From NCBI RefSeq assembly GCF_000406145.1, contig NZ_CM001976.1, forward strand, positions 3,203,206 to 3,235,205: a stretch of 32,000 nucleotides of DNA, in the 5' to 3' direction. This DNA comes from Dickeya dadantii NCPPB 898 (lineage in GTDB: Bacteria > Pseudomonadota > Gammaproteobacteria > Enterobacterales > Enterobacteriaceae). Shown here one piece after another: positions 1 to 9,139 of the stretch. Numbering within the stretch: position 1 is the first letter of the stretch; the number at the start of each line of letters is the position of its first letter. The notes beneath the pieces are model-generated. The model did no database searches and had not been told where the DNA came from. It saw only the letters and a list, made by a program, of their open reading frames with translations. The translations under genes and the position numbers were made by a program.

Positions 1-189
1 CTTTAACTGAAGTGTGATGCTCTCAGTTTGGCACATTCGATGCCGTCAAGTTGGAGCGTCCATTTCATCATCCATGCGGCTCACCCGGCGAAGCCGTCCA
101 CCTCAGCACAGTTTTTGACGCCGGAAAAATGTCATCCTATACGTACTGGATTAGTTATTAGACCGTGATAATCACTACTCATCTAATAA

Positions 190-1218
190 TCAGCAAATCC
201 TCGGCATGGGTTCGCTGTGGGGTAAATCCAGCAGGCGGGAGGTGCCGAACACCCCGCACAGGCGTACCTGCTTTTTGTCGGTGACGCTGCCGATGACCGC
301 CGCGTCGCGCCCCAGCGGATGAGACTGTAACGCATCCAATACCCGGCTTTCCGCCTGTGGCGATACCGCCAACACCAGCTTGCCTTCGTTGGCGAAGTTC
401 AGCGCTTCCAGCCCCAGCAGTTCACAGATGCCGCGCACCGCCGGTTTGACCGGCAAGGCGCTCTCCTGCACCTCCATACCGTAGCCGCTGGCCTGGGCGA
501 ATTCATGCAGGATCGCCGTCACCCCGCCGCGGGTGGCGTCGCGCAACGCGCGCACCCCGTCAATCTGGCGTAGCGGCGCGATAAGCGGTGCCAGCACCGC
601 GCAATCGCTGGTCAGCTCCGCTTCCAGCCCCAGTTTCTCACGCAGGTTCAGGATGGTGGCGCCATGATCCCCCAGCGTACCGCTGACGATAAGGCGATCG
701 CCGGGACGAATCTCACCGGTGCCCCAATGCACAGCGTGCGGAATCACGCCGATGCCGGCGGTATTGATGAAAATCTTGTCCGCCGCACCGCTCGGCACTA
801 CCTTGGTGTCGCCGGTGACGATCTGGATCCCGGCGTCGCGGACGGTCTGCGCCATCGAGTTCACAATACGCAATAGCGTTTCCCCTGCCAGCCCCTCTTC
901 CAGAATCAATCCACAAGAGAGGTAACGCGGCAGCGCCCCGCTCACCGCCAGATCGTTGACCGTACCGCATACCGCCAGTTTGCCGATGTCGCCGCCGGGA
1001 AACTCGATCGGGTCGATGACGTAGCTGTCGGTGGTAAACGCCAGCCGGTCGCCCTGCTCGCTCAGCGCCGCCAGCGGCAAACGCGCCTGATCTTCACGCT
1101 CCGCCAGCAACGGGTTGTCAAACGCCTGCAAAAACAGCCCTTCGATCAGCTGTTGCATCGCCTGCCCGCCGCTGCCGTGCGCCAGGGTAATCTCTTTCGG
1201 CAATAGGCTGTTACTCAT
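190..1218 (-). CDS. hypE: [NiFe]-hydrogenase maturation protein HypE
   Basis: ORF 190..1329. The first 37 codons are an Arg-rich run overlapping hypD, so the start is placed at the internal Met ([21 protein letters not shown]...). Its ATG (1216-1218) shares one base with the hypD stop (1218-1220). PurM-like body and the diagnostic C-terminal ...SEPMPRIC ending in Cys. About 342 aa vs about 336 aa for E. coli HypE (from memory). Confidence 0.93.
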   Translation of the reverse strand: MSNSLLPKEITLAHGSGGQAMQQLIEGLFLQAFDNPLLAEREDQARLPLAALSEQGDRLAFTTDSYVIDPIEFPGGDIGKLAVCGTVNDLAVSGALPRYLSCGLILEEGLAGETLLRIVNSMAQTVRDAGIQIVTGDTKVVPSGAADKIFINTAGIGVIPHAVHWGTGEIRPGDRLIVSGTLGDHGATILNLREKLGLEAELTSDCAVLAPLIAPLRQIDGVRALRDATRGGVTAILHEFAQASGYGMEVQESALPVKPAVRGICELLGLEALNFANEGKLVLAVSPQAESRVLDALQSHPLGRDAAVIGSVTDKKQVRLCGVFGTSRLLDLPHSEPMPRIC

Positions 1219-2333
1219 CAGGCACACTCCCGTCGATACTGGTAATAAGCGGCGCAAGCGCCTTCTGACGACACCATCAGCGCGCCGATGGCGTTCTGCG
1301 GCGTACAACGCTGGCCGAACAGTGGGCAATCGCCCGGTTTACAACGCCCGGTAAGCACCTCGCCGCAGCGCGACAACGGTTCGTCCGCCACCCGCTGCTG
1401 TTGCGGCTTGAAGCGGCGCTCGGCGTCGAATTCAGCGTATTTCGCCCGCAGTTGCATGCCGGAATCGGCGATTTCCCCCAGCCCGCGCCACTCGCTGCTG
1501 GCTTTGGGTTCGAACACCTCCGCCATCGCCTGCTGCGCCAGCGTATTACCGCTGTCCGGCACGATGCGGCGGTACTGGTTTTCCACCTCGCAGCGCGCGT
1601 CGTGCAATTGCTGCACCAACATCAACAGCGCCTGCAGGATATCCAGCGGTTCGAAACCGGTGACCACAAACGGCTTGTGGAACTGCTCGCACAGCGGCTG
1701 GTAGGGATAGGCGCCAATCACCATGCTGACGTGCCCCGGCGCCAGAAAACCGTCGATGCGCAAGTCCGGTTGCTCCAGCAGGCTTTTCAGCGTGGGGATA
1801 ATGGTGATGTGCTGGCAAAACAGGGAGAAATTTTTGATGCCGCGGCGTTTGGCCTGTTGCAGGGTCAGCGCGGTGCTCGGCATGGTGGTTTCGAACCCCA
1901 GCCCGAAAAACACCACCTGCCGGTCAGGAAATTGCTCCGCCAGCGCCAGCGCATCCAGCGGCGAGTAGACCACCCGCACATCGGCGCCGTGACGACGAGC
2001 ATCCTGCAACGACCCGTTGCGACCCGGCACCCGCATGGCGTCGCCAAAGGTACAGAAAATCACTTCCGGACGGGCGGCGATCTCCAGACAGGCGTCGATC
2101 CGCCCCATCGGCAGCACGCACACCGGGCAACCCGGCCCGTGAACAAACTCGATCTCCGGCGGCAACAGCCGGTCGATGCCGAACTTGAAAATAGCGTGGG
2201 TATGCCCGCCGCACACTTCCATCAGTTGCAGCGGCCGCGTCTTCCACTGCGGCATGTCGTCAACCAGCGCCTGAATGCGCTGCAACAGCGCCTTCGCCAG
2301 CTCAGGGTCGCGAAATTCATCAACGTACTGCAT
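1218..2333 (-). CDS. hypD: [NiFe]-hydrogenase maturation Fe-S protein HypD
   Basis: ORF 1218..2360. HypD motifs [14 protein letters not shown] and GFETT, plus a Cys-rich C-terminus ([23 protein letters not shown]). Start set at Met10 ([11 protein letters not shown], aligns with the E. coli N-terminus MRFVDEYR) with GGAG 7 nt upstream. The ATG at 2360 is an alternative start. Overlaps the hybG 3' end by 14 nt. Confidence 0.93.
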   Translation of the reverse strand: MQYVDEFRDPELAKALLQRIQALVDDMPQWKTRPLQLMEVCGGHTHAIFKFGIDRLLPPEIEFVHGPGCPVCVLPMGRIDACLEIAARPEVIFCTFGDAMRVPGRNGSLQDARRHGADVRVVYSPLDALALAEQFPDRQVVFFGLGFETTMPSTALTLQQAKRRGIKNFSLFCQHITIIPTLKSLLEQPDLRIDGFLAPGHVSMVIGAYPYQPLCEQFHKPFVVTGFEPLDILQALLMLVQQLHDARCEVENQYRRIVPDSGNTLAQQAMAEVFEPKASSEWRGLGEIADSGMQLRAKYAEFDAERRFKPQQQRVADEPLSRCGEVLTGRCKPGDCPLFGQRCTPQNAIGALMVSSEGACAAYYQYRRECA

Positions 2334-2607
2334 AAATGGCTCCGGTTTGCCTGACTTCATCCAGCTCCAGCCCGACCGCCTGCATGGATTGCAGCGCCGC
2401 CAGCGTCTCCTGCGCTTCCTGCTCGTCCAGCAGGCTCATGGCGAAACCGACGTGCACCAGCACCCACTGCCCCACCAGTTCCGCCGGGTCGCCTTCGCAT
2501 ACCAGCGCGATATTCACCTCGCGCTGCACGCCGCAGACATCCACCCGCGCCGGGTAATGCAGATCCGGCCCGACGGCCACCACTTTTCCGGGAACGCCCA
2601 GACACAT
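2320..2607 (-). CDS. hybG: HypC/HybG-family hydrogenase assembly chaperone
   Basis: ORF 2320..2685. Start placed at MCLGVPG (the invariant Met-Cys N-terminus of the family) at 2607, 2 nt after the hypB stop. The body ([37 protein letters not shown]) resembles E. coli HybG more than HypC. 95 aa. Confidence 0.9.
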   Translation of the reverse strand: MCLGVPGKVVAVGPDLHYPARVDVCGVQREVNIALVCEGDPAELVGQWVLVHVGFAMSLLDEQEAQETLAALQSMQAVGLELDEVRQTGAIYAVR

Positions 2608-2609
2608 GA

Positions 2610-3794
2610 TTAGGCTCCTGATAACAGCGACGGTTGTGATGGCGTCGGCGCCAGTTCGGCACCCAGCGACTGCGCTTCCAGCCACGCCAGCCAGGCTTCC
2701 ATCCCCTCACCGGTGCGGGCGGACAGCGCAATCACCTCGATTTGCGGGTTGACGCGGCGCGCGTTGGCGACGCAGGCTTCCAAATCAAAATCCAGGTACG
2801 GCAGCAGGTCGATCTTGTTGATGATCATCAGCGAGGCGGCGGCGAACATATGCGGATACTTGAGCGGCTTGTCTTCCCCCTCGGTCACCGACAGCACCGC
2901 GACCTTGTGGCGCTCGCCCAGATCGAAACCGGCCGGACACACCAGATTGCCGACGTTTTCGATAAACAGCAGGCTGTGTGCCGGCAGTTGCAGCCGGTGC
3001 ATGGCGTCATGCACCATCTGCGCATCCAGATGGCAGCCTTTGCCGGTGTTGACCTGAATCGCCGGAACCCCGGTGGCGCGAATGCGTTCGGCATCGTTGG
3101 TGGTTTGCTGGTCGCCCTCGATCACCGCGCACGGCACACGTTCGCGCAGCAGGTGCAACGTACTGGTCAATAAGGTGGTTTTGCCGGAGCCGGGGCTGGA
3201 CACCAAATTCAGCGCCAGAATCCGATCGGCGTCGAAATGCTCGCGGTTGTGCGCCGCCAGTTGGTTGTTTTTGCTCAGCACATCCATTTCGATTTGCAAC
3301 AGGCGCTGCTGACCGATCCCCGGCGCGTGAGTGCCCGCCGCGCCTTGCCCGTAATGCAAATGCTGATCCTGTTCCACCGGCTGAAAGCGTTCTTCCGGCC
3401 GGACATGATCGTGTGTGTGGTGATGATCCGCGTGGTCATGATGTTCATGAGCATGATGATCATGCGCGTGACGCGGTGCCTGCGGGCGGGCCACGCCGTG
3501 GTAATGATGATGCACATCGCCGTGATGATAATAGTAATGGTGATGATGAATGATCACGCCGGGCGCGGCCGGCGCGTCATCATGCTCATGGTGATGATGA
3601 TCATGTTCATGGTGATGTCCATCGTGATGGTGTTCATGCTGATGCGCATGATGGTGAGGGTGTGAATGGACATGATCATGACTGTGGCTATGTTCGTGGT
3701 GGTGGTCGTGAGCATGGGGATGGTCGTGCGAATGAGCCGGCTCATCGCCCTCTATCCGGCGTTCTCCCTCACCACAACCGCATGTGGTACACAT
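2610..3794 (-). CDS. hypB: Hydrogenase nickel-incorporation GTPase HypB with a very long His-rich insertion
   Basis: ORF 2610..3815, whose maximal form starts at TTG. Start set at ATG 3794, giving [10 protein letters not shown] (N-terminal CxxCGC Ni site), with GGAGGA 9 nt upstream. G-domain motifs SSPGSGKTT (Walker A), [10 protein letters not shown] and NKIDL. A His-rich insertion of about 110 residues (nt 3405-3734) separates the two parts. 394 aa vs 290 aa for E. coli HypB (from memory). Confidence 0.93.
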   Translation of the reverse strand: MCTTCGCGEGERRIEGDEPAHSHDHPHAHDHHHEHSHSHDHVHSHPHHHAHQHEHHHDGHHHEHDHHHHEHDDAPAAPGVIIHHHHYYYHHGDVHHHYHGVARPQAPRHAHDHHAHEHHDHADHHHTHDHVRPEERFQPVEQDQHLHYGQGAAGTHAPGIGQQRLLQIEMDVLSKNNQLAAHNREHFDADRILALNLVSSPGSGKTTLLTSTLHLLRERVPCAVIEGDQQTTNDAERIRATGVPAIQVNTGKGCHLDAQMVHDAMHRLQLPAHSLLFIENVGNLVCPAGFDLGERHKVAVLSVTEGEDKPLKYPHMFAAASLMIINKIDLLPYLDFDLEACVANARRVNPQIEVIALSARTGEGMEAWLAWLEAQSLGAELAPTPSQPSLLSGA

Positions 3795-3859
3795 TGATAC
3801 GACTCCTCCGGTCAACCAGACCGTTTTTTCCTGATTGCACGCCGACGGAAAGCGGCGCG

Positions 3860-4201
3860 CTATTCAATCGCCAGTTGCTTCAGTTGCAGGCTGTCGCCGC
3901 TCTCGACGCGCAGACTATGGCTGCCGCAATGCGGACAGCCGCTGTCGTGGTCGGCCACTTCCACCGGCTGGCTACACTCCCAGCACCAGGCCTGCGCCGG
4001 TCGCACCGACAGGTGCAACTGACAGCCTTCCGCCAGCGTCTGCCGGCAGACCGACTCGAAACAAAACCGCAACGCGTTCTCTTCAATGCAGGACAGCGCG
4101 CCGATTTCCAGCCAGACGCCGGTCACCCGCCGGGCGCCGTGCTGGTGCGCCTGCTGCTCAATCAACTCCAGCGCGTTGTAGCACATGGAAATTTCATGCA
4201 T
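3860..4201 (-). CDS. hybF: HypA/HybF-family nickel insertion protein
   Basis: ORF 3860..4201, 113 aa. N-terminal MHE Ni-binding motif and two CxxC pairs (CWEC, CPHC) for the Zn site. Colinear with E. coli HybF (MHELSLC...[11 protein letters not shown]...AQAWCW.CSQ). The start overlaps the hybE stop (ATGCATGA). Confidence 0.9.
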   Translation of the reverse strand: MHEISMCYNALELIEQQAHQHGARRVTGVWLEIGALSCIEENALRFCFESVCRQTLAEGCQLHLSVRPAQAWCWECSQPVEVADHDSGCPHCGSHSLRVESGDSLQLKQLAIE

Positions 4202-4760
4202 CCCGCTGACTCCGGTAACGGCTGAACAGCGCGCGGCGGCCGAGATTTTCGGGCGCGTCGGTGTCGCGCACCGGCAACGACAGCGCCATGCGCGCGCTTT
4301 GCTGCGCCAGTTGCAGCGCCTGTCCGGCGTCGAGCGCCGGGTCCAACGGCGACATCAATGAGCAAGACAGATACTGCTGCCCGTCGTCACTTTCGCTCAC
4401 CACAAACTTTACGCTGCCGCAGGGCAGGTCCAGCGCCAACCGGGTAGCAAGGTCACGTCGGGGCCACTGCTGCCCCGGCCCCGGCAATACCAACAGACTG
4501 AGCATCCACGGCGTCAGCAGGCAGCCGAACCACTGCTGTTCAAACAGGGTAAATCCACAGGCCCGTACCGGAATGCCATTGCGGTAAAACGGCAACAGCC
4601 GCATGCGCTCTTGCGCGATACGGCTGAACTCGGCTTCCAGCCAGGCCACCGGACTCTGATCATGCCCCTCTATCCACGCCGATTCTTTGCGCTCACCGGG
4701 TATTGCGGGCGGATTATGGCTGCCGTCGTATGGCGAAGCGGGAAAAATGTCACTCACCAC
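4194..4760 (-). CDS. hybE: Hydrogenase-2 assembly chaperone HybE
   Basis: ORF 4194..4760. Aligns with the E. coli HybE core (FTLFE.QW.GC..TPWML....PGP...WP ... QYLSCSLMSPL ... SLPV). Initiates at one of two adjacent GTG codons (4760 or 4757), preceded by AGGAGG at 4764-4769. Overlaps the hybD 3' end. The N-terminus is about 25 aa longer than in E. coli. Confidence 0.85.
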   Translation of the reverse strand: MVSDIFPASPYDGSHNPPAIPGERKESAWIEGHDQSPVAWLEAEFSRIAQERMRLLPFYRNGIPVRACGFTLFEQQWFGCLLTPWMLSLLVLPGPGQQWPRRDLATRLALDLPCGSVKFVVSESDDGQQYLSCSLMSPLDPALDAGQALQLAQQSARMALSLPVRDTDAPENLGRRALFSRYRSQRDA

Positions 4761-5250
4761 ACACCTCCTGCGCGGTTTTCTCCGTCACCGCGACGCCGCT
4801 CTGACGTAGCGCGGCGATGATATGCCGCAACGCCGGTTCCAGCGCGCGGGTAACGGTATCGGACAGGCCGATGCCGGAATCGAGCGCTTCCGGCTCCACC
4901 CCCACCAGCGTTAGCTGGCGGGGAAATTCGCCGGTTAGCTGCAACGCCATCAGCACATCGGCCAGCCCCAACTGGTGCGGGGAGATTTTGCGGGTAAACA
5001 ACGCCGGCACCTCGCGGTCGCGCAGCACCGTCACACTGCCCGGCGTCTGACCGGTCAGCACCGCGTCGGCCACGATCAGATGATCGCGCCCGGCCATGCA
5101 CTCCATCAGCTCCATGCCGCAGGTACCGCCGTCCACTACCTCAATGGCGGGCGTGCAGTCGAACCGCTGTTCCAGCCGTTCCACCAGCCGTACCCCAACC
5201 CCTTCGTCACTCAGAAGAATATTGCCGATCCCCAGCACCAGTATGTTCAT
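4750..5250 (-). CDS. hybD: Hydrogenase-2 large-subunit C-terminal maturation endopeptidase HybD
   Basis: ORF 4750..5253. The ATG at 5250 overlaps the hybC TGA (TGATG). MNILVLGIGNILLSDEGVGVR... is near-colinear with E. coli HybD, including SPHQLGLADVL and LTLVGV.PE. Confidence 0.9.
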   Translation of the reverse strand: MNILVLGIGNILLSDEGVGVRLVERLEQRFDCTPAIEVVDGGTCGMELMECMAGRDHLIVADAVLTGQTPGSVTVLRDREVPALFTRKISPHQLGLADVLMALQLTGEFPRQLTLVGVEPEALDSGIGLSDTVTRALEPALRHIIAALRQSGVAVTEKTAQEVCGE

Positions 5251-6956
5251 CACAGCACCTTCACCCGGGTGACTTCATTGCCATTGACGGTATCCACCAC
5301 ATGCACCGCACAGGACATGCACGGGTCGAAGGAGTGGATGGTGCGCACCACTTCCAGCGGCTTGTGCGGGTCCGCCACCGGCGTGCCCACCAGCGACTGC
5401 TCGTACGGGCCAGGCTTGTCGTCGCCGTTACGCGGACAGGAGGTCCAGGTGGACGGCACCACCGCCTGATAGTTGGTGATCTTGCCGTTTTTGAACACGA
5501 TCCAGTGCGACAGCATGCCGCGCGGCATCTCGCCGAAGCCCACGCCGTGGAATTCGGTGTCGGGTGAAAAGTCCGGCTTGATGAAGGTCTGGTGATCGCC
5601 TTTGCCGATGTTGTCGACCAGCGCCTGCCACTGCTGAGCCAGCGTGTCTTTCAGTACGCAGCAGTGCACGGTGCGGCCAATTACCCGGCCCAGCGTGGAG
5701 TGCAGGTGTTTCTCTTCCAGTTGGTGACCGCTGAGCGTCTTATAAGCGGCTTTTACCTGCTCGAAGTGGGCCAGCGTGTCTTTATGCTTCGCAGCCAGCC
5801 CGCACAGCAGCCAGGCCAACGGCCCCACTTCCACGGTTTTGCCGTAGAACGTCGGCGATTTCACCCACGAGTACTTGCCGTCTTCATGCCAGCCGGTGTA
5901 GTTCGGCCGGGTCAGCCCTTCCCACGGCGCCAGCGACTGATCGTCCTGATACCAGGCATGTTTGCCGCTCTCGCGGATACCGTCGATCAGGAACTTATCG
6001 CTGTGGCTGGTGATCGGCCGGTAGCGCGACAGATCGCTGTTTTCGATATATCCGCCCGCCAGCAGGAAGCTGCCGTTTTTGTTGTCGGTCGGCAGCTCCG
6101 GCACGCTCAGGTAGTGATCGGCGCCGCGCCCCAGCGTCAGCCACTGCGGGTAGTGGGCGGCGATCACCGCGCAATCCACCTTGTAGACCTGCTCGATAAA
6201 ATCGCCCAGCCGGTCGATGAAACTTTTCACGTACATCAACCGTTCCAGATTGAGCACGCTCGGCGCGTCCAGATTGATCGGGTTAGCCACGCCGCCGACC
6301 GCCAGATTCTGGATGTGCGGCGACTTACCGCCCAGAATCGCCACGATGCGGTTGGCGTCGCGCTGGCACTCCAGCGCCTGCAAATAGTGGGCGACGGCAA
6401 TCAGGTTCACTTCCGGCGGCAGCGACATCGCCGGGTGGCCCCAGTAGCCGTTGGCGAAAATACCCAACTGACCGCTGGCGACCAAATCCTTCAGTTTCTG
6501 CTGTACCTTGGTGAACTCGGCGGCGGTATTCAGCGGCCAGTCGGACAGCCCTTTGAGCAGCGCCGCCGCTTTCTGCGGATCGGCTTTCAGCGCCGAGGTC
6601 ACATCCACCCAGTCGAGCGCCGACAGCTGATAAAAGTGCACGATATGGTCGTGGATGCTGTGCGCCGCCAGGATCAGGTTGCGGATGTACTGGGCGTTGA
6701 CCGGCACGTTCAGGCCGAGCGCGTTTTCCACCGCGCGCACCGAGGCGATGGCGTGCACCGTGGTGCAAACACCGCAGATACGCTGCACGATCATCCAGGC
6801 ATCGCGCGGGTCGCGCCCTTTGACGATCTCTTCCATGCCGCGCCACATGGTGCCGGATGACCAGGCTTTGGTGACCTTGCCGTTTTCAATTTCGCAATCA
6901 ATGCGCAGATGCCCTTCGATACGGGTAATGGGATCAATGGTGATGCGTTGGCTCAT
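5250..6956 (-). CDS. hybC: [NiFe]-hydrogenase 2 large subunit
   Basis: ORF 5250..6956, 568 aa, colinear with E. coli HybC (567 aa) from [25 protein letters not shown] onwards. N-terminal ligand motif RICGVCTTVH and C-terminal DPCMSCAVH. These are followed by a 16-residue extension (VVDTVNGNEVTRVKVL) of the kind removed by HybD. Confidence 0.97.
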   Translation of the reverse strand: MSQRITIDPITRIEGHLRIDCEIENGKVTKAWSSGTMWRGMEEIVKGRDPRDAWMIVQRICGVCTTVHAIASVRAVENALGLNVPVNAQYIRNLILAAHSIHDHIVHFYQLSALDWVDVTSALKADPQKAAALLKGLSDWPLNTAAEFTKVQQKLKDLVASGQLGIFANGYWGHPAMSLPPEVNLIAVAHYLQALECQRDANRIVAILGGKSPHIQNLAVGGVANPINLDAPSVLNLERLMYVKSFIDRLGDFIEQVYKVDCAVIAAHYPQWLTLGRGADHYLSVPELPTDNKNGSFLLAGGYIENSDLSRYRPITSHSDKFLIDGIRESGKHAWYQDDQSLAPWEGLTRPNYTGWHEDGKYSWVKSPTFYGKTVEVGPLAWLLCGLAAKHKDTLAHFEQVKAAYKTLSGHQLEEKHLHSTLGRVIGRTVHCCVLKDTLAQQWQALVDNIGKGDHQTFIKPDFSPDTEFHGVGFGEMPRGMLSHWIVFKNGKITNYQAVVPSTWTSCPRNGDDKPGPYEQSLVGTPVADPHKPLEVVRTIHSFDPCMSCAVHVVDTVNGNEVTRVKVL

Positions 6957-8133
6957 GCTTTACCTCAGCCTGATGATGCGTATGTTCGCCTTTCAGCGCG
7001 GGCAGTACCGGCAGCAGGCGGATTAACAAGATGTAGGCGCAGACCTCAATGGCGACGAAGCCAATGGAAATCAGGATCTCCTGCGCTTTGGGGAAGTACT
7101 GGTAGCCGTTGCCCGGATTGAACGCCAGCAGCGAGTAGCTCAGTCGCCACAACGCCGCGCCGAACAGCATGCTGAGCGCGCTGACGAACAGCCAGCGGGC
7201 ATCCTGACGGCAGCGCTTCAGCCGCAGCAACACCAGCGGCAGCAGCATCAGGCCGGCTTCACACCAGAACATGACCGAGAACCGGTCGCCGGCGAACAGC
7301 AACGCGGTTTTCTGGTGCCAGACGATCTCGCCGAAACGCAGTACCACAAACAGCAGCACCAGCACATGGGCCAGTCCGGTCAGCTTGCGAAACAGCGCCT
7401 GTTCGTCCGGCCCGCGCCCTTTCAGCCCGGCCTGCACCATCGAGCCTTCGAAAATCACGATTGAAAAGCCCATGATGAACGCGGTCAGCAGCGACAGCAG
7501 CGGCAGCAGTTCATAGCTCTGCCACAGCGGATGCACCTTGTAGCCGGCGGCGATCATCAGCGACCCCATCGACGACTGGTGCATGGTGGGCAGCAGCGCA
7601 CCCAGCGCAATGATGAAAAACATCACCTTGTTGAGCCGTTTCAGCGACACATGCCAGCCGAAGCGTTCCAGCACCACCGGCGCGAACTCCAGCGCCATCA
7701 CCCCGATGTAGATGGTCATGCACACCGCGGTTTCAAACAGCACCGAGTTGGTGTTGAAGTAGCCGGGAATGTAGAAGTACGGCAGGTTCCAGTAGCGCCC
7801 GACGTCAATGGTGATCGACAACCCGCCCAGCGAATAGCCGAACAGACTGGCGAGCAGCGCCGGGCGTACCAGCGGGTGGTATTCGCCGCGGTTGAACACG
7901 TACACCGCCCAGGCCAGCGCCCAGCCGCCGCAGGCGAAACCGGTGCCGACCAGCAGGTCGAAAGCGATCCAGATCCCCCACGGGTAACCGCCGTTCAGAT
8001 CCGCTACCGAGCCGATCCCCAGCAACAGGCGTTTCACGATCAGGATCGCGCAAATCGCCACCAGCGGAGCCAGCAGCATCACCGGCCAGCTCACCAGCCG
8101 CCCGCCCAACGGACTTGCTTTATGCGCCGTCAT
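6934..8133 (-). CDS. hybB: Hydrogenase 2 integral membrane (NrfD/PsrC-type) subunit HybB
   Basis: ORF 6934..8385. The first 84 codons are a Cys/Arg/Trp-rich out-of-frame read through hybA, so the start is set at ATG 8133 ([19 protein letters not shown], aligns with E. coli MSHDPQPLGGK). Polytopic membrane protein. Long identical blocks such as [40 protein letters not shown]. Overlaps hybA by 14 nt and hybC by 23 nt. Confidence 0.92.
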   Translation of the reverse strand: MTAHKASPLGGRLVSWPVMLLAPLVAICAILIVKRLLLGIGSVADLNGGYPWGIWIAFDLLVGTGFACGGWALAWAVYVFNRGEYHPLVRPALLASLFGYSLGGLSITIDVGRYWNLPYFYIPGYFNTNSVLFETAVCMTIYIGVMALEFAPVVLERFGWHVSLKRLNKVMFFIIALGALLPTMHQSSMGSLMIAAGYKVHPLWQSYELLPLLSLLTAFIMGFSIVIFEGSMVQAGLKGRGPDEQALFRKLTGLAHVLVLLFVVLRFGEIVWHQKTALLFAGDRFSVMFWCEAGLMLLPLVLLRLKRCRQDARWLFVSALSMLFGAALWRLSYSLLAFNPGNGYQYFPKAQEILISIGFVAIEVCAYILLIRLLPVLPALKGEHTHHQAEVKHEPTHHH

Positions 8134-9136
8134 GAGGTTTCTCCTGTGAGTCGTGCGTCTCTTCCCGCTCGGCGCGGGTATTGCGATGCACCAGCACCGA
8201 CAACCCGGCCAGCACCGCCAGCGGCAGCACCATCCCCTTGTACAACGTGTGTTGGATGTGCTCCGAACGCGCGCCGGTGGAGAGCGGATCCAGCGCCGGC
8301 ATCTCCAGGTTCTGGTACGGCACCCCGGCCAGCACCAGCACCTGCGTGCCGCCCGCTTCTTTCTCGCCATAGACATAGCGTTCATAGCTCGGCACGGTGT
8401 GCAGGTAGCTGTCCTTACGATCCAGCGTTTGACGTGGATAGGCGTATTCGTCGCCCGGCTTGAGCGCCAGCCGGCGTTTCGCTTCTTCCAGCAGTTGCTC
8501 GCGGGTGCCGTAAATCACCGCCCCGGTCGGACACACTTCCACGCATCCCGGCATGCCGCCTTTGTCGAGCCGCGCCAGTTCAGGCTGATTACACAGCTCG
8601 CATTTGTGCAGTTTGCCGAGCGGGTTTTCATAGTCGTACTTCGGCACATTGAACGGACAGGCCACCATGCAGTAACGGCAGCCGGTACAGACGCTGGCGT
8701 CGTAATGCACCACGCCGGTTTTTGGGTCTTTCTTCAGCGCCGACACCGGGCACACCGATACGCAGTTAGGATCGACGCAGTGCATGCACTGTTTCTTGAT
8801 GTAGGCATAGCCGTTTTGCGTCTGATCCTTGTTTTTGCCGTCGCCGCTGCGCCACACCTGAATGATGTTGTTGGTGTACGGGCTAAGCTTGTCGTTGTTG
8901 GACCAGGTCGCCGCGCCGCCGGCATAGACGGTGCTGTCCGGCTTGTAATCCAGCTTATTGACCTGCTGGCATTTGCTCACGCACGCCTGACAGCCCACGC
9001 ACAGCGTGGAGTCGTACAGCATGCCGAGCGAGCCGGGAATGGGCGGCCGGTTGGTGGCCGCCGCTTCAGTCGCCAGCGGCGTGCCCGCCAACAGCGCCCC
9101 GGCGGAAGCCAGCTTGAAAAAATTGCGTCTGTTCAC
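8120..9136 (-). CDS. hybA: Hydrogenase 2 ferredoxin-type 4Fe-4S electron-transfer subunit HybA
   Basis: ORF 8120..9136. GTG start with GGGAGG about 8 nt upstream. Twin-arginine leader [18 protein letters not shown]. Multiple Cys clusters ([41 protein letters not shown]...CVEVCP). C-terminal TM anchor [15 protein letters not shown]. Confidence 0.93.
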   Translation of the reverse strand: MNRRNFFKLASAGALLAGTPLATEAAATNRPPIPGSLGMLYDSTLCVGCQACVSKCQQVNKLDYKPDSTVYAGGAATWSNNDKLSPYTNNIIQVWRSGDGKNKDQTQNGYAYIKKQCMHCVDPNCVSVCPVSALKKDPKTGVVHYDASVCTGCRYCMVACPFNVPKYDYENPLGKLHKCELCNQPELARLDKGGMPGCVEVCPTGAVIYGTREQLLEEAKRRLALKPGDEYAYPRQTLDRKDSYLHTVPSYERYVYGEKEAGGTQVLVLAGVPYQNLEMPALDPLSTGARSEHIQHTLYKGMVLPLAVLAGLSVLVHRNTRAEREETHDSQEKPHDGA

Positions 9137-9139
9137 GGC

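Noticed and set aside
1-189. Region downstream of hypE. I looked for a gene end, a terminator or an sRNA, and noted an AT-rich hairpin TTATTAG(155-161)/CTAATAA(183-189) with an inner GTGAT-a-ATCAC.
   Set aside because: All three + frames hit stops within the first 17 nt, so at most a gene's last codons are present. Minus-strand ATGs give peptides of 22 aa or less without an SD. The hairpin is weak, lacks a U-tract and abuts the hypE stop. Nothing here can be supported.
3380-3760. Highly repetitive CAT/CAC/GAT-rich DNA that looks like a tandem repeat array, together with the plus-strand ORFs 3237..3665 and 3554..3745.
   Set aside because: It is simply the His/Asp/Glu codon run of the HypB His tract read in frame on the minus strand. 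There is no spacer-repeat periodicity (so it is not CRISPR), and the overlapping ORFs encode Met/Ile/Val strings that are antisense artefacts.
8134-8385. N-terminal extensions of maximal ORFs: hybB 8134-8385, hypE 1219-1329, hypC 2608-2685, nuoJ 22318-22398, nuoM 19524-19586, hypB 3795-3815, and the PhzF-like gene 12630-12665.
   Set aside because: The extensions overlap the preceding gene out of frame, are Arg/Cys/Trp-rich, and are absent from the E. coli orthologues. Internal starts with proper SDs reproduce the orthologous N-termini.
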